From positions 2,737 to 66,736 of the forward strand of contig JALOAD010000015.1 of NCBI GenBank assembly GCA_023228995.1: a DNA stretch of 64,000 nt, written 5' to 3'. The DNA comes from Candidatus Muiribacterium halophilum (GTDB lineage: Bacteria > Muiribacteriota > Muiribacteriia > Muiribacteriales > Muiribacteriaceae). Of the stretch, positions 28,298-38,503 are shown in pieces. Numbering within the stretch: position 1 is the stretch's first letter; the number at the start of each line of letters is the position of its first letter. Under the pieces are notes generated by a model, which saw only the letters and a list, made by a program, of their open reading frames with translations, was not told the origin of the DNA and ran no database searches. The position numbers and the translations under genes were made by a program.

Positions 28298-30517
28298 TTA
28301 TCTTTCCTCTTCTCTTTCCTCAATTATCTCAATTATATCACCTTCTTTGAGATCATTAAAGTTTTCTATTCCAATACCACATTCAAATCCTGTAGCAACT
28401 TCAGATACATCGTCTTTAAATCTTTTTAAAGATGAAAGTTTAGATTGATATATTTCTGTACCATCTCTAATAAGTTTAACTTTTGATTTTCTTTTAACAA
28501 CTCCGTTATCAACTTTACAGCCTGCAATAGTTCCATGCTTAGGCACTTTGAAAGTCTGAAGAACAACAGCCTGACCAATTACAACATCTTTATATATTGC
28601 AGCATACATGCCTTTAAGAATAGCTCTAATATCATCAATCACTTCATAAATTATTTTATAAGTTCTTATTTCAACACCTTCTTTTTCAGCAAGTTTTGTA
28701 GCATTAGAACTCTCTCTTATATTAAAACCAATTATTATTGCATTTGATGCAACAGCAAGGTTTACATCTGTTTCACTGATTATTCCAACTCCAAGATGTA
28801 TTACATTTACATCAACTTCTTCATCAGAAAGTTTTTCAAGACTATCTTTTAAAGCTGTTCCAGTTCCACCAACATCTGACTTAAGTATTATACTTAATTT
28901 CTTCTTTTCAGCTCCAACATTCATGCTTAAAAGTTCTTCAAGAGTTTTTCCTTTATTGCCACCTGAAAGTGCTTTATATTTTATAATAGCTTTCTGAACT
29001 ATTTCACGAGCTATTTTTTCATTATGAACTACTTTAAACTTGTCTCCAGAACGAGGAACATCATTTAATCCCATTATTTCAACTGCTTTTGAAGGTTCTG
29101 CTCTTTCAACTAATTTACCATGTTCATCAAACATTGCTTTGATTTTTCCATAAGTCATTCCAGAAACAACAATATCACCTTTATGAAGAACACCTTTTTG
29201 GACAATTATAGTAGCTAAAGGACCTTTTCCTTTATGTTTATATGATTCAACTACAATTCCTTGAGAAGGTACATCATAATCAGCTTTAAGATCTTCCATT
29301 TCCGAAACTAAAATTATCATTTCAAGAAGTTCTTCAATATTTATACCGTTTTTGGCAGAAAGTTCTACCATTATAGTTGTACCACCCCAATTTTCAGCAA
29401 CAAGACCAATATTTGATAATTCTTGTCTTACTTTATCAGGATTAGCACCAGGTCTATCTATTTTATTTATAGCAATTATTATAGGTACTTTTGCAGCTCT
29501 AGCATGATCTATAGCCTCAAGGGTCTGTGGTTTTAAACCATCATCAGCAGCAATTACTATTATTGCAATATCAGTTGCAGTAGCACCCTGGGCTCTCATT
29601 TCAGTAAAAGCTTCATGACCTGGAGTATCAATAAATGTAATAAGATTTTTATTCCATGTTATCTGATAAGCTCCAATATGCTGAGTTATTCCACCAGCTT
29701 CTCTTCCTGCAACATTAGTATGCCTTATATTATCAAGCAAAGTAGTTTTGCCATGATCAACATGACCCATAATAGTTACAACTGGTGGTCTTGCTCTAAG
29801 TTCATTGCTTATATTTTTATTAGCAGATTTTTCATCTATTTTTAATTCAGTATCAAAACCAAAATCTTCTGCAATAAGTGATGCAAGGTCATAATCTAAT
29901 GGTTGAGCTACATTAGTTACACCAAGAAGCATAAGTTTTTTTATTATTTCATTCTGAGGAAGTTTTATCATTTCAGAAAATTCTTTTAATCCAATTAATT
30001 CAGGTATTAAAATTTTTTCTTTTACTTCTTCAATTTTGTGTATGTCTTCCTGCTGTTCTGGTTTTTTCTTATCATTTACAATTTCTTTTGCATCATATTC
30101 TTCTTTTTTGGATTTCATAGCTTGTCTTTTATGTCTTTCTTCTTTGGAAAACTTTTTACCTGTTTCCATTTCAATAATTTCAAGTTCATCAATAATATCC
30201 TGATCAATTATAGTTTCATCTTCATCAATTTCACCAGGTTTTATATCTGCATTAATAACTATTTCACCTTCTGTTATAAGTTTAGGTACTTTCTTTTTTG
30301 CAGTTTTGGCAGCAGCTTTAGCCTTTGTAAGAGGCTTTTTTGGCAGGTTTTTTTTATATGTTTCAGCAGAAGCATTTTTTTTAAGAAGTTCATACTCCTC
30401 GTCTGATATCGTAGAAGCATGATGTCTTTTATTCAAAGTTATATCAAGCTTTTCACACATATCATAAATGTCTTTATATTCCATTCCCAATTCTTTTTTT
30501 ATTTCAGATATCTTCAC
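28298..30517 (-). CDS. infB: Translation initiation factor IF-2
   Basis: RPPVVTIMGHVDHGKTTLLD, GGITQHIGAY, DTPGHEAF, NKID, GFECGI. Confidence 0.98.
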   Translation of the reverse strand: MKISEIKKELGMEYKDIYDMCEKLDITLNKRHHASTISDEEYELLKKNASAETYKKNLPKKPLTKAKAAAKTAKKKVPKLITEGEIVINADIKPGEIDEDETIIDQDIIDELEIIEMETGKKFSKEERHKRQAMKSKKEEYDAKEIVNDKKKPEQQEDIHKIEEVKEKILIPELIGLKEFSEMIKLPQNEIIKKLMLLGVTNVAQPLDYDLASLIAEDFGFDTELKIDEKSANKNISNELRARPPVVTIMGHVDHGKTTLLDNIRHTNVAGREAGGITQHIGAYQITWNKNLITFIDTPGHEAFTEMRAQGATATDIAIIVIAADDGLKPQTLEAIDHARAAKVPIIIAINKIDRPGANPDKVRQELSNIGLVAENWGGTTIMVELSAKNGINIEELLEMIILVSEMEDLKADYDVPSQGIVVESYKHKGKGPLATIIVQKGVLHKGDIVVSGMTYGKIKAMFDEHGKLVERAEPSKAVEIMGLNDVPRSGDKFKVVHNEKIAREIVQKAIIKYKALSGGNKGKTLEELLSMNVGAEKKKLSIILKSDVGGTGTALKDSLEKLSDEEVDVNVIHLGVGIISETDVNLAVASNAIIIGFNIRESSNATKLAEKEGVEIRTYKIIYEVIDDIRAILKGMYAAIYKDVVIGQAVVLQTFKVPKHGTIAGCKVDNGVVKRKSKVKLIRDGTEIYQSKLSSLKRFKDDVSEVATGFECGIGIENFNDLKEGDIIEIIEEREEER

Positions 30518-30530
30518 GATAAGCCCCCTA

Positions 30531-31598
30531 TTAATCTAATAATTTTTCAACTTTCTTTCTCTTTTGAGACTCACTTACAATGTCTATTCTTGCACCAACT
30601 AATCTTGCTGCAAGTCTAACATTCTGTCCCTCTTTTCCGATAGCCAGAGAAAGATGGTGGTCAGGCACTACTACCTCGGTATTAATACCACCAGTTTCAT
30701 CTCTAATTTCAATAGAGACAACTTCAGATGGAGCGAGAGCGTTGGTTATATATCGTTTGATGTCTTCATTGTATCTTATAACATCTATTTTCTCGCCTCT
30801 AAGTTCATTAACTATCTGTTGTATTCTAACACCTTTTACTCCAACACAAGCACCAACAGCATCAACTTTTTCATTTAAAGAGACTACTGCTATCTTTGAT
30901 CTGCTTCCTGGTTCTCTTGATACGGAAATTATTTCAATTACACCATCTATTATTTCAGGTATTTCATTTTCAAACAATCTTTTTAAAAAATCTGTATTAG
31001 CTCTTGAAAGAAAAACCATTGAACCTCTTATATTTCTTTTCACATCAGCAATTACAGCTTTTATAAGTTGTCCGGTACGAAATCTCTCTCCAGGTATCTG
31101 ATCTTTTTTCATTATAACAGCTTCAACCTGTCCTATATCAACTAAAATACTTTCATCAGTTTGAACTTTCTGCACTTTACCCTGAATAAGACATCCAAGT
31201 TTTGACATAAAATCATTAAAAAGATTGTCTTTTTCAGCTTCTTTAATCTTCTGCACAATTATTTGTCTAGCAGTTTGAGCTGCAATTCTACCAACACTTT
31301 CAGGAGAAAGTTCAATATTAATAAAATCTCCTATTTTAATATCAGGATCATGTTCTCTAGCTACTTGAAGTCCCATTTCATTAATATTTTTAGCACTGCC
31401 TTTGACAACTTTCTTACTTGCATATACTTTTATCTCTCCATCTTTCTCATCAAATTCAATATGAAGATTTTCGATATCTGCAAATTTTCTTTTAATAGCC
31501 ATTACAACTGAACTTTTTATTGCGTCAATAACTACATCCTTTTCTATGCCTTTTTCATTTAAAAGCTGTTCTACTGCTTGAAGGATTTGAGCATTCAT
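30531..31598 (-). CDS. nusA: Transcription termination/antitermination factor NusA
   Basis: GRIAAQTARQII, SREPGSRSKIAV, GACVGVKGVRI, LSLAIGKEGQNVRLAARL. Confidence 0.98.
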   Translation of the reverse strand: MNAQILQAVEQLLNEKGIEKDVVIDAIKSSVVMAIKRKFADIENLHIEFDEKDGEIKVYASKKVVKGSAKNINEMGLQVAREHDPDIKIGDFINIELSPESVGRIAAQTARQIIVQKIKEAEKDNLFNDFMSKLGCLIQGKVQKVQTDESILVDIGQVEAVIMKKDQIPGERFRTGQLIKAVIADVKRNIRGSMVFLSRANTDFLKRLFENEIPEIIDGVIEIISVSREPGSRSKIAVVSLNEKVDAVGACVGVKGVRIQQIVNELRGEKIDVIRYNEDIKRYITNALAPSEVVSIEIRDETGGINTEVVVPDHHLSLAIGKEGQNVRLAARLVGARIDIVSESQKRKKVEKLLD

Positions 31599-31620
31599 CG
31601 TAAACCTCCATTTTTTTATG

Positions 31621-31647
31621 AAAAATTAAAGGGCGACATAATCGCCC
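31621..31647 (-). terminator. Terminator-like hairpin in the nusA leader (rimP-leader-like attenuator)
   Basis: Minus strand GGGCGA-TTATG-TCGCCC followed by TTTAATTTTT, about 25 nt upstream of the nusA start. Confidence 0.6.
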
Positions 31648-31734
31648 CCAATTTATACATTATTGGACTATTTGGATAAATATAATACAAAAAAAATTCT
31701 TTTTCAAGTCACATTATTTTCAAAAGGGAAAAAT

Positions 31735-33504
31735 TCATCTTACTATCAGCATATAAAGGGAAAATAAAAAAAGAAATATAAATATTAGAATTTTTGAATT
31801 TAATGGATTAAATATCTTTAAAGTATAAGAATTTTGTTCAAGTTTATCTATTACAAGCTCAATATTATCTTCGTCAAATACAAAACCTCCATTTTTTTTA
31901 CTTATATTTTCAAGAAAAACCATATCAGGTTTTAAATTAGATATCTCACTTAAAGAATCAAATACACTAAAAAAATATGTTTTTTCATAAATAATCTTTG
32001 AATTAGCTTCAATTCTTGCATCAACACGATAATCTCCAGTGTTTTCTAGTAAATATTCAAGATTATTCTCACCTTTTTTTTCTCCATTAATATAAAGAGA
32101 TATGTTTTCAGAAAGATTACTTTTCACATCAATAAATAGTTTTTCTCCAATAACATAAGTTTTTCTATTATGAGAAAACCTAATACTTTCACTTGAACTT
32201 GAATAATATGAAATAAGACCAGAAAAAAATTTTTCATAAATATTAACAGGTATATCAGATACATTTACAGCTTGTGAAAGAGATATCCTATATAAAGGAC
32301 CAAATTTGAAAAGAATATATTTTCCTTTACCAAAACTAAAAACAGAAAGTAAATTTTTTTTAGTTGATGAATCATAAAGAAGATCTATTGAAGGTTTATT
32401 TATATCAATATCAACAAAATAATCATAATCTGATATTTTATCCCAAACTAAATTATTAGTTAAAATTTTAGAAGATATTTCAAAAAAAGGAAATCTTCTG
32501 TATTTATCAGGAATTGAAAATGTATTTCTTTTTTTTACAATATTATCAGGTTTTCCAAAAAACGGAATTGTAAAATCTAATGAATTTTCACCTACAAAAA
32601 ACATATAAAGCCCACCGTTTTCTATATATTCCCTAATTGTATCTTCTGAAAATAAAGAACTTTCAAATTCAATAACTGCATTATAAGAAGAATCAATGTT
32701 TTCTGATTTTTCATTTTTTATATCAAGTTTTCCGTGTTTTTTTAAAAAATTACCTAAAAAAGCTTTTTCAGGTCCAGGATAAACATAAGAAAGCAAGAAT
32801 TTTTTAGTATCTTCAATAACAGTTATTTTAAATTCCCTTGTATTATTATCTTTATCTGTTTCTTCTTTAAATGGTATAACAGAAACTCTAAGATTATAAA
32901 TACCTTTTTTTAATGAAATTCTTTTTTTGATTATATTAAGTCCTTTATATAATAATATTTCTTCTTTTTCACCATTAAATTCCAATATTGAATTTTTACT
33001 TTCATTTCCTTGTAAAAACACTTTAAAAACAAATTCATTTTCAATATTTTCAAATATATTTTCCGGCAAATCAATATCAGATATACTTATATCAAAATTT
33101 TCCTTTCTATCTTTTAGTCTTAAAGAAAATATTTTTGAAGCTGAATTAATCGATTTTTCAGGTGGATTCTGATTTCCATCACTAAGAAGTATTATATTTG
33201 AAAATAAAGGTGAAATTTCTGATACAGCTTTACTTATATCTGAAAGACCATTGTATTTTAGAGCTTTATTTTTATTTTTACTTAATATTCCAGAAAAAAA
33301 ATAAACATTATCAATTCCTGTTTTTTTTTGAATTTGAATTCTTTTTTCATCAAGATCTTCAACACTTAAAGAAACATCCTGAAGAATAACTGTATTTTTT
33401 GTAAAAGAAATTTTATTTTTTAATGAAATATCAATATCTACAATCAGAAAAATAATTAAAATTAATAAAACTATTCTTAAAATCAATTTATAATTTAATT
33501 TCAA
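31735..33504 (-). CDS. Membrane-anchored VWA-like protein of the MoxR operon
   Basis: N- and C-terminal TM segments, DVSLS (DxSxS), LLSDG, Ig-like ETDKDNN segment. Confidence 0.6.
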   Translation of the reverse strand: MKLNYKLILRIVLLILIIFLIVDIDISLKNKISFTKNTVILQDVSLSVEDLDEKRIQIQKKTGIDNVYFFSGILSKNKNKALKYNGLSDISKAVSEISPLFSNIILLSDGNQNPPEKSINSASKIFSLRLKDRKENFDISISDIDLPENIFENIENEFVFKVFLQGNESKNSILEFNGEKEEILLYKGLNIIKKRISLKKGIYNLRVSVIPFKEETDKDNNTREFKITVIEDTKKFLLSYVYPGPEKAFLGNFLKKHGKLDIKNEKSENIDSSYNAVIEFESSLFSEDTIREYIENGGLYMFFVGENSLDFTIPFFGKPDNIVKKRNTFSIPDKYRRFPFFEISSKILTNNLVWDKISDYDYFVDIDINKPSIDLLYDSSTKKNLLSVFSFGKGKYILFKFGPLYRISLSQAVNVSDIPVNIYEKFFSGLISYYSSSSESIRFSHNRKTYVIGEKLFIDVKSNLSENISLYINGEKKGENNLEYLLENTGDYRVDARIEANSKIIYEKTYFFSVFDSLSEISNLKPDMVFLENISKKNGGFVFDEDNIELVIDKLEQNSYTLKIFNPLNSKILIFIFLFLFSLYMLIVR

Positions 33505-35253
33505 TTATATCCTCCATTTATCACAAAGATAAAATTCAAATAACATAAGAATTAAAGCTAATACAAGAAGTATTTTATCTATTTTTATTTTTTTAAGAGA
33601 TTTTTCAATATCATCGTATACAAAAATATCTTTTGTATATACAGATTTATTACTTTCTTCAATTGGAATATTGAGAAATATCCTTTCTCCTTCAAAATCA
33701 TAAATACCAGGTTTTACAAAACAAACACTTTCATTTGAAGAAGAAATACATCTAAAAGGAATATTTTCTTGTCTAACATTATAATATCCTATTTTTTCTT
33801 CAAGAATAATATTTAATACTTCATATACAAAATATGGTGAAAATACTATATCTGTAGATTCTTCTGATAATATTCTATTAAAAAAATATACTGTACTTTT
33901 TCCTATATTATATTTTATAAGAGCTGGATTTCTATCATTATAATAAGCTATAACTTCTTCCTCATTAAAATCTTTTAAAAAAAATATATTAAAAAAAGAA
34001 AGATTTTCAAAACCAAGTTTATTTTCAATTTTTCTTGTACCACCTGTTTTTTCAATTATTTTAGCTTTTAATATTCCTTTTTCATTAAGAAGATTAAACT
34101 TATTTACATTATCTTGAGGAAATATAAGTATTGTTTTACCTTTTTCTATAATTTCCTCAATATCAGATATAGAATTTTCCAAATTATTTGTATCATTAAT
34201 TATAAGTATATGACTTTCATCAACTCTTGCATTATTAATAGAACTAATATTAAACGGGTTATAGTTTGAATTTGAAAGAAAAAGATTTTTCAAAAAATAA
34301 TTAAGTTTTTCCCCTGAATAAAGAATGTTTATATTATTTATTGATTTTAAACCAAAATAATAAGTATTATCCCATTCAATAATATCACCTGAAATTTTAA
34401 CATAAAAATCATGAATAGAATTGTTTTCAAGTTTTATATTAAAAAATAATTTTTTTTCAAATTGTGCTTCTATTATATCACTTTTTTCAGCAATAAGAAC
34501 ATCATTATAATAAAGTTCTGACTTAAAAGGAATAGAATAATCAGAATCATTAAAAAAATTAATTCCAATCAAGTTTTCTTGACCTGAAAAAGCTGGTGAA
34601 GGTAAAATTATATTTTTTACATATATATTACTTTTCCAATTTTTGCCAATATTAACAAAATTAATATTTTTAAGATTATTATTATCTCTAATATTTTTAA
34701 AATTTATTTCTTGATTATCTGAAAACACAATAATCTTACCATTCAAAGACGATTCTGAATATATAAATCTTAAATTCTCTTCAACATCAAATATACCTTT
34801 ATAAATTTCCATTGAAGAAAGATTTCTTTCTACTGAAGGTATTCCATTTTTATAAAAAATATAAAATATATTGTTTTTTTTATTTTGCTTTTTAATTGTT
34901 TTGAGTTGTCTTTCAATTTCATTTACATAATAATCTTTATCTTTATAAGAACTTAAAACAGAAGTTGAATTATCAACAATTACAATGATTTTAGCTGAAT
35001 TTACAGTTGACATTGTATTTAATGATAGTGAAGCTGCTGCAAAGACAACATTACAAATTATTAAAATTCTTAAAAGCATTAAAAACAACGCTTTATAATC
35101 TAATTTTTTCTTTGTCTTTTTCATAACATCTTTTATAAATCTTGAAGTAGGAAAAAATATTTCTTCAATTTGAGTTCTTCTAAGAAAAAACAGTATTATT
35201 GGAATTATTGCAAATAGCAAAAAATACAAAAAAACAGCATTTAATACGCTCAT
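33505..35253 (-). CDS. BatA/VWA domain membrane protein
   Basis: BatA-like N-terminus (IPIILFFLRR..FPTSRF..LLRIL), IVDNSTS MIDAS-like motif, C-terminal TM. Confidence 0.7.
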   Translation of the reverse strand: MSVLNAVFLYFLLFAIIPIILFFLRRTQIEEIFFPTSRFIKDVMKKTKKKLDYKALFLMLLRILIICNVVFAAASLSLNTMSTVNSAKIIVIVDNSTSVLSSYKDKDYYVNEIERQLKTIKKQNKKNNIFYIFYKNGIPSVERNLSSMEIYKGIFDVEENLRFIYSESSLNGKIIVFSDNQEINFKNIRDNNNLKNINFVNIGKNWKSNIYVKNIILPSPAFSGQENLIGINFFNDSDYSIPFKSELYYNDVLIAEKSDIIEAQFEKKLFFNIKLENNSIHDFYVKISGDIIEWDNTYYFGLKSINNINILYSGEKLNYFLKNLFLSNSNYNPFNISSINNARVDESHILIINDTNNLENSISDIEEIIEKGKTILIFPQDNVNKFNLLNEKGILKAKIIEKTGGTRKIENKLGFENLSFFNIFFLKDFNEEEVIAYYNDRNPALIKYNIGKSTVYFFNRILSEESTDIVFSPYFVYEVLNIILEEKIGYYNVRQENIPFRCISSSNESVCFVKPGIYDFEGERIFLNIPIEESNKSVYTKDIFVYDDIEKSLKKIKIDKILLVLALILMLFEFYLCDKWRI

Positions 35254-36125
35254 GTTCTTCTACCAAAAAAACTATTTAAAATTTCTACAGGATTATCATC
35301 TGTTGAAACATTTATATAACCAATACCACTTTCATAACATATATTTCTGATTTTTTCTTGATTTTTTTTAAATGCTTCTTTATAATTTTCTCTAATATTA
35401 TCAGCATTTACTCTGAATCTTTCATTAGTTTCAGAATCTATAAATATTTTTTCACGACTATATGGAAAATCTTTTTCTCTTTTATCATATATATGAAATA
35501 CAATTACTTGATTTTTTCTATGCTTAAAATAACTTATAGACTTTTTAAGGTTTTCAGAATCATCTATCATATCAGAAATAAGTATTATAAGACCTCTTTT
35601 TTTCATTATTCTTGAAAAATTTAAAAACGAGTATGAAAAATCTGTATTGCCAGATATTTTAATGTTTTCTAGAAATTTAATAAGATTTGAAAAATGTTGA
35701 CCTTTGTTTGAAGCTGGAAGAACTGATTTGATTTTTTCTGAAAAATCAGCCATACCAACAACATCCATCTGTCTCATAAAAATATAAGCAAGACTTGCTG
35801 ACAGCATTTTAGCATAAAAAAGCTTTGAAATATCTTTTGAGTTTTCAAATTTCATAGATTTTGAAGAATCCAGTAATATCCATACATGCATATTAGTTTC
35901 TTCTTCAAATTTTTTAACATATAACTTATCTGTCTTACCCCAGAGTTTCCAATCAATATTTTTAAGCTCATCTCCAAATTCATATGGCCTATACTCAGAA
36001 AACTCAATATTAACACCAGAATATGGACTTTTATGAAATCCATATAAAAATCCTTCAACAACTTTATCAGCCACAAATTTAAGATTTTTTAATTTATATA
36101 ATTCTTCAGGATTAAAAAAACTCAT
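35250..36125 (-). CDS. DUF58 protein
   Basis: GFHKSPYSG..EFSEYRPY..GDELKNIDWK, YVKKFEEET, LDSSKSM, ISD. Confidence 0.9.
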   Translation of the reverse strand: MSFFNPEELYKLKNLKFVADKVVEGFLYGFHKSPYSGVNIEFSEYRPYEFGDELKNIDWKLWGKTDKLYVKKFEEETNMHVWILLDSSKSMKFENSKDISKLFYAKMLSASLAYIFMRQMDVVGMADFSEKIKSVLPASNKGQHFSNLIKFLENIKISGNTDFSYSFLNFSRIMKKRGLIILISDMIDDSENLKKSISYFKHRKNQVIVFHIYDKREKDFPYSREKIFIDSETNERFRVNADNIRENYKEAFKKNQEKIRNICYESGIGYINVSTDDNPVEILNSFFGRRT

Positions 36126-37084
36126 AATTTTTCAAGAATTTCTTCAATTATAGTATTTTTACTCACACCATCAGCTTCTGCTGAAAAATTGGAAATTATT
36201 CTGTGTTTTAAAACAGGTTTTACCATATCAATAATATCTTTTTCACATACAGCAAATCTACCTGATAAAACTGCATTAGCTTTTGCAGCAAGTATAAGAC
36301 TTTGAGAAGCCCTTGGACCAGCACCATAAGAAAGCCATTTTACAGCAGTAGCATTTCCTTCCGAAGGTCTTGTAGCTCGTATTATATCAACAGCCATCTC
36401 AACATACTCAGAAGATACCGGAACTTGTCTAATTATATTTTGCACATCAATTATATCTTGTTTTGATAGTACTTTTTCACAAATTGCTTTATATGCAGAA
36501 GTAGTATTGTTTACAATCTCGATTTCTTCTTGTCTTTGAGGATAATCAATATCAATCTGAAAAATAAATCTATCAAGTTGAGCTTCAGGTAAAGGATATG
36601 TGCCTTCTTGCTCAATTGGATTTTGAGTTGCAAGTACAAGAAAAGGTTCATCCATTATATAATCATTGCCGTTTACTGTAACAATATGCTCTTGCATTGC
36701 CTGCAAAAGTGCTGCTTGAGTCTTTGGAGGTGTTCTATTTATTTCATCTGCTAGAATTATATTTGAAAACACAGGACCTTTAATAAATCTGTAATATCTA
36801 CTTTTATCAGATTTTTCCTCAATTATTTCAGAACCAGTTATATCTGATGGCATAAGATCAGGCGTAAACTGAATTCTTTTAAAATCAAGTCCAAGACATT
36901 CACAAAGTGTAGATACCATAAGAGTTTTAGCAAGACCCGGAACTCCAACTATAAGACAATGTCCTCTGGTCATAAGTGCTATAAGCAATAGTTTTACTAT
37001 ATGCTGCTGACCAATTATAACTTTTGACATTTCAATTTTTAGTTTTTCATAAGAATTATTGACTTTTTCTATTTTTTCTATCAT
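36122..37084 (-). CDS. moxR: MoxR family AAA+ ATPase
   Basis: GVPGLAKT, RIQFTPDLMPSDITG, LADEINRTPPKTQAALL, ATQNPIEQEGTYPLPEAQLDRF, GAGPRA. Confidence 0.95.
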   Translation of the reverse strand: MIEKIEKVNNSYEKLKIEMSKVIIGQQHIVKLLLIALMTRGHCLIVGVPGLAKTLMVSTLCECLGLDFKRIQFTPDLMPSDITGSEIIEEKSDKSRYYRFIKGPVFSNIILADEINRTPPKTQAALLQAMQEHIVTVNGNDYIMDEPFLVLATQNPIEQEGTYPLPEAQLDRFIFQIDIDYPQRQEEIEIVNNTTSAYKAICEKVLSKQDIIDVQNIIRQVPVSSEYVEMAVDIIRATRPSEGNATAVKWLSYGAGPRASQSLILAAKANAVLSGRFAVCEKDIIDMVKPVLKHRIISNFSAEADGVSKNTIIEEILEKL

Positions 37085-37104
37085 TCTTCCTCCAAAAAAA
37101 ATGA

Positions 37105-37146
37105 GGTAATACTTACTCTGCTCTATTTATTCAGAAGAGTATTACC
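37105..37146 (-). terminator. Stem-loop plus T tract between pilC and moxR
   Basis: GGTAATACT 37105-37113 pairs with AGTATTACC 37138-37146; the minus strand continues TCATTTTTTTT directly before the moxR GGAGG. Confidence 0.5.
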
Positions 37147-37154
37147 CCAATACA

Positions 37155-37233
37155 TAATTATTCATTATTTATTCTTAATTTTTCATTATTCATTATTAAT
37201 TATTAATTTTTCATTTTTCATTTTTCATTATTT
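37155..37233. repeat. Degenerate heptamer tandem repeats (TTCATTA/TTCATTT)
   Basis: Read directly, immediately 3' of the pilC stop codon. Confidence 0.55.
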
Positions 37234-37237
37234 ATCA

Positions 37238-38440
37238 CTAACCAGCCTGATTAATCATTTCAAGCATAGGCATAAATATAGCAAGTACTATTCCCCCAAT
37301 AACAACACCCATGAATACAATAACAATCGGCTCAATTATAGAAGTAAGTCCTTTTACCGCTGTATCAACTTCCTGATCATAAAAATCAGCAACTTTACTT
37401 AACATTACATCAAGTTCACCTGTTTCTTCACCAACTGCTATCATCTGAATAACCATTGGAGGAAACACTGCACTTTGTTTAAGAGGTTCAGATATACTTT
37501 CCCCTTCTTTAATAGATACTCTTGTTTTAAGAACAGCTTCTGTAATAATTACATTGCCAGCTGTATTTGCTGTAACCTCAAGAGCTTGAAGTATAGGAAC
37601 ACCGGCTGATATCAATGTACCTAATGTTCTTGTAAACTTAGATACAGCAACTTTTCTTAGTAAATTACCAATACCTGGTAATACAAGAGAATAAGTATCA
37701 AGAAGTCTTCTCCCTTGTTTAGTATCAAAGAATTTTTTTACACCCCATATTCCAAAACCAATTCCAATTATAATAATTATAAAATATTTCTGGAAAAAAG
37801 ATGAAAGTCCTAATAATATCCTAGTTGGAAGCGGTAATGTTGCATCTCCCATACCTTCGAATATTTGCTGGAAATTCGGAAGTACAAAAGTTATAAGAAA
37901 TATAACAACAAGTATTGCAACTGAAAATACAACTGCTGGATATGTCAAAGCACCTTTTACTTTTGCTTTAAGCTGTTCTGAACTTTCTAGATAATTTGCC
38001 AATCTTTCAAGAATCTGATCAAGAATACCACCAGCTTCACCAGCTCTAACTAAATCGCAAAATAAAACACTAAAAACCAAAGGATGTCGTCCTAAAGCTG
38101 ATGAGAATGTAGAACCTGATTCAACATCATTTCTAACTTGAATCACTATTTCTCTAAAAGCTGGGTTTTCAACTTGATCTTCCATAATATTAAGACATCT
38201 TACAAGATTAACTCCTGATCCTATCATTGTCGCAAACTGTCTTGCAAAAATTGATACTTCAGAAGTTTTAACCTTTTTTTTAAAAAAAGTCATTTCTTTG
38301 CTTTTCTCTTTTAGAGGGCCAACGATAAAATATCCTTTTTCTTTTAACTTCGCAATAGCCATATCTTTACTAGAACTATCAATTTCTCCAGTAAGAGTTT
38401 TTCCATCACGGGTCTTGACCTTGTAAGTATATTTTGGCAT
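37238..38440 (-). CDS. pilC: Type IV pilus platform protein PilC (T2SS F family)
   Basis: FARQFATMIGSG, AGEAGGILD, ALTYP, MIAVGEETGELD, IEPIVI. Confidence 0.95.
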   Translation of the reverse strand: MPKYTYKVKTRDGKTLTGEIDSSSKDMAIAKLKEKGYFIVGPLKEKSKEMTFFKKKVKTSEVSIFARQFATMIGSGVNLVRCLNIMEDQVENPAFREIVIQVRNDVESGSTFSSALGRHPLVFSVLFCDLVRAGEAGGILDQILERLANYLESSEQLKAKVKGALTYPAVVFSVAILVVIFLITFVLPNFQQIFEGMGDATLPLPTRILLGLSSFFQKYFIIIIIGIGFGIWGVKKFFDTKQGRRLLDTYSLVLPGIGNLLRKVAVSKFTRTLGTLISAGVPILQALEVTANTAGNVIITEAVLKTRVSIKEGESISEPLKQSAVFPPMVIQMIAVGEETGELDVMLSKVADFYDQEVDTAVKGLTSIIEPIVIVFMGVVIGGIVLAIFMPMLEMINQAG

Positions 38441-38503
38441 TTTACTGAACTCTCCCTATATAGTTTTGTGCAATAAAGAATCAATCTTTTATATAGTATT
38501 TTA

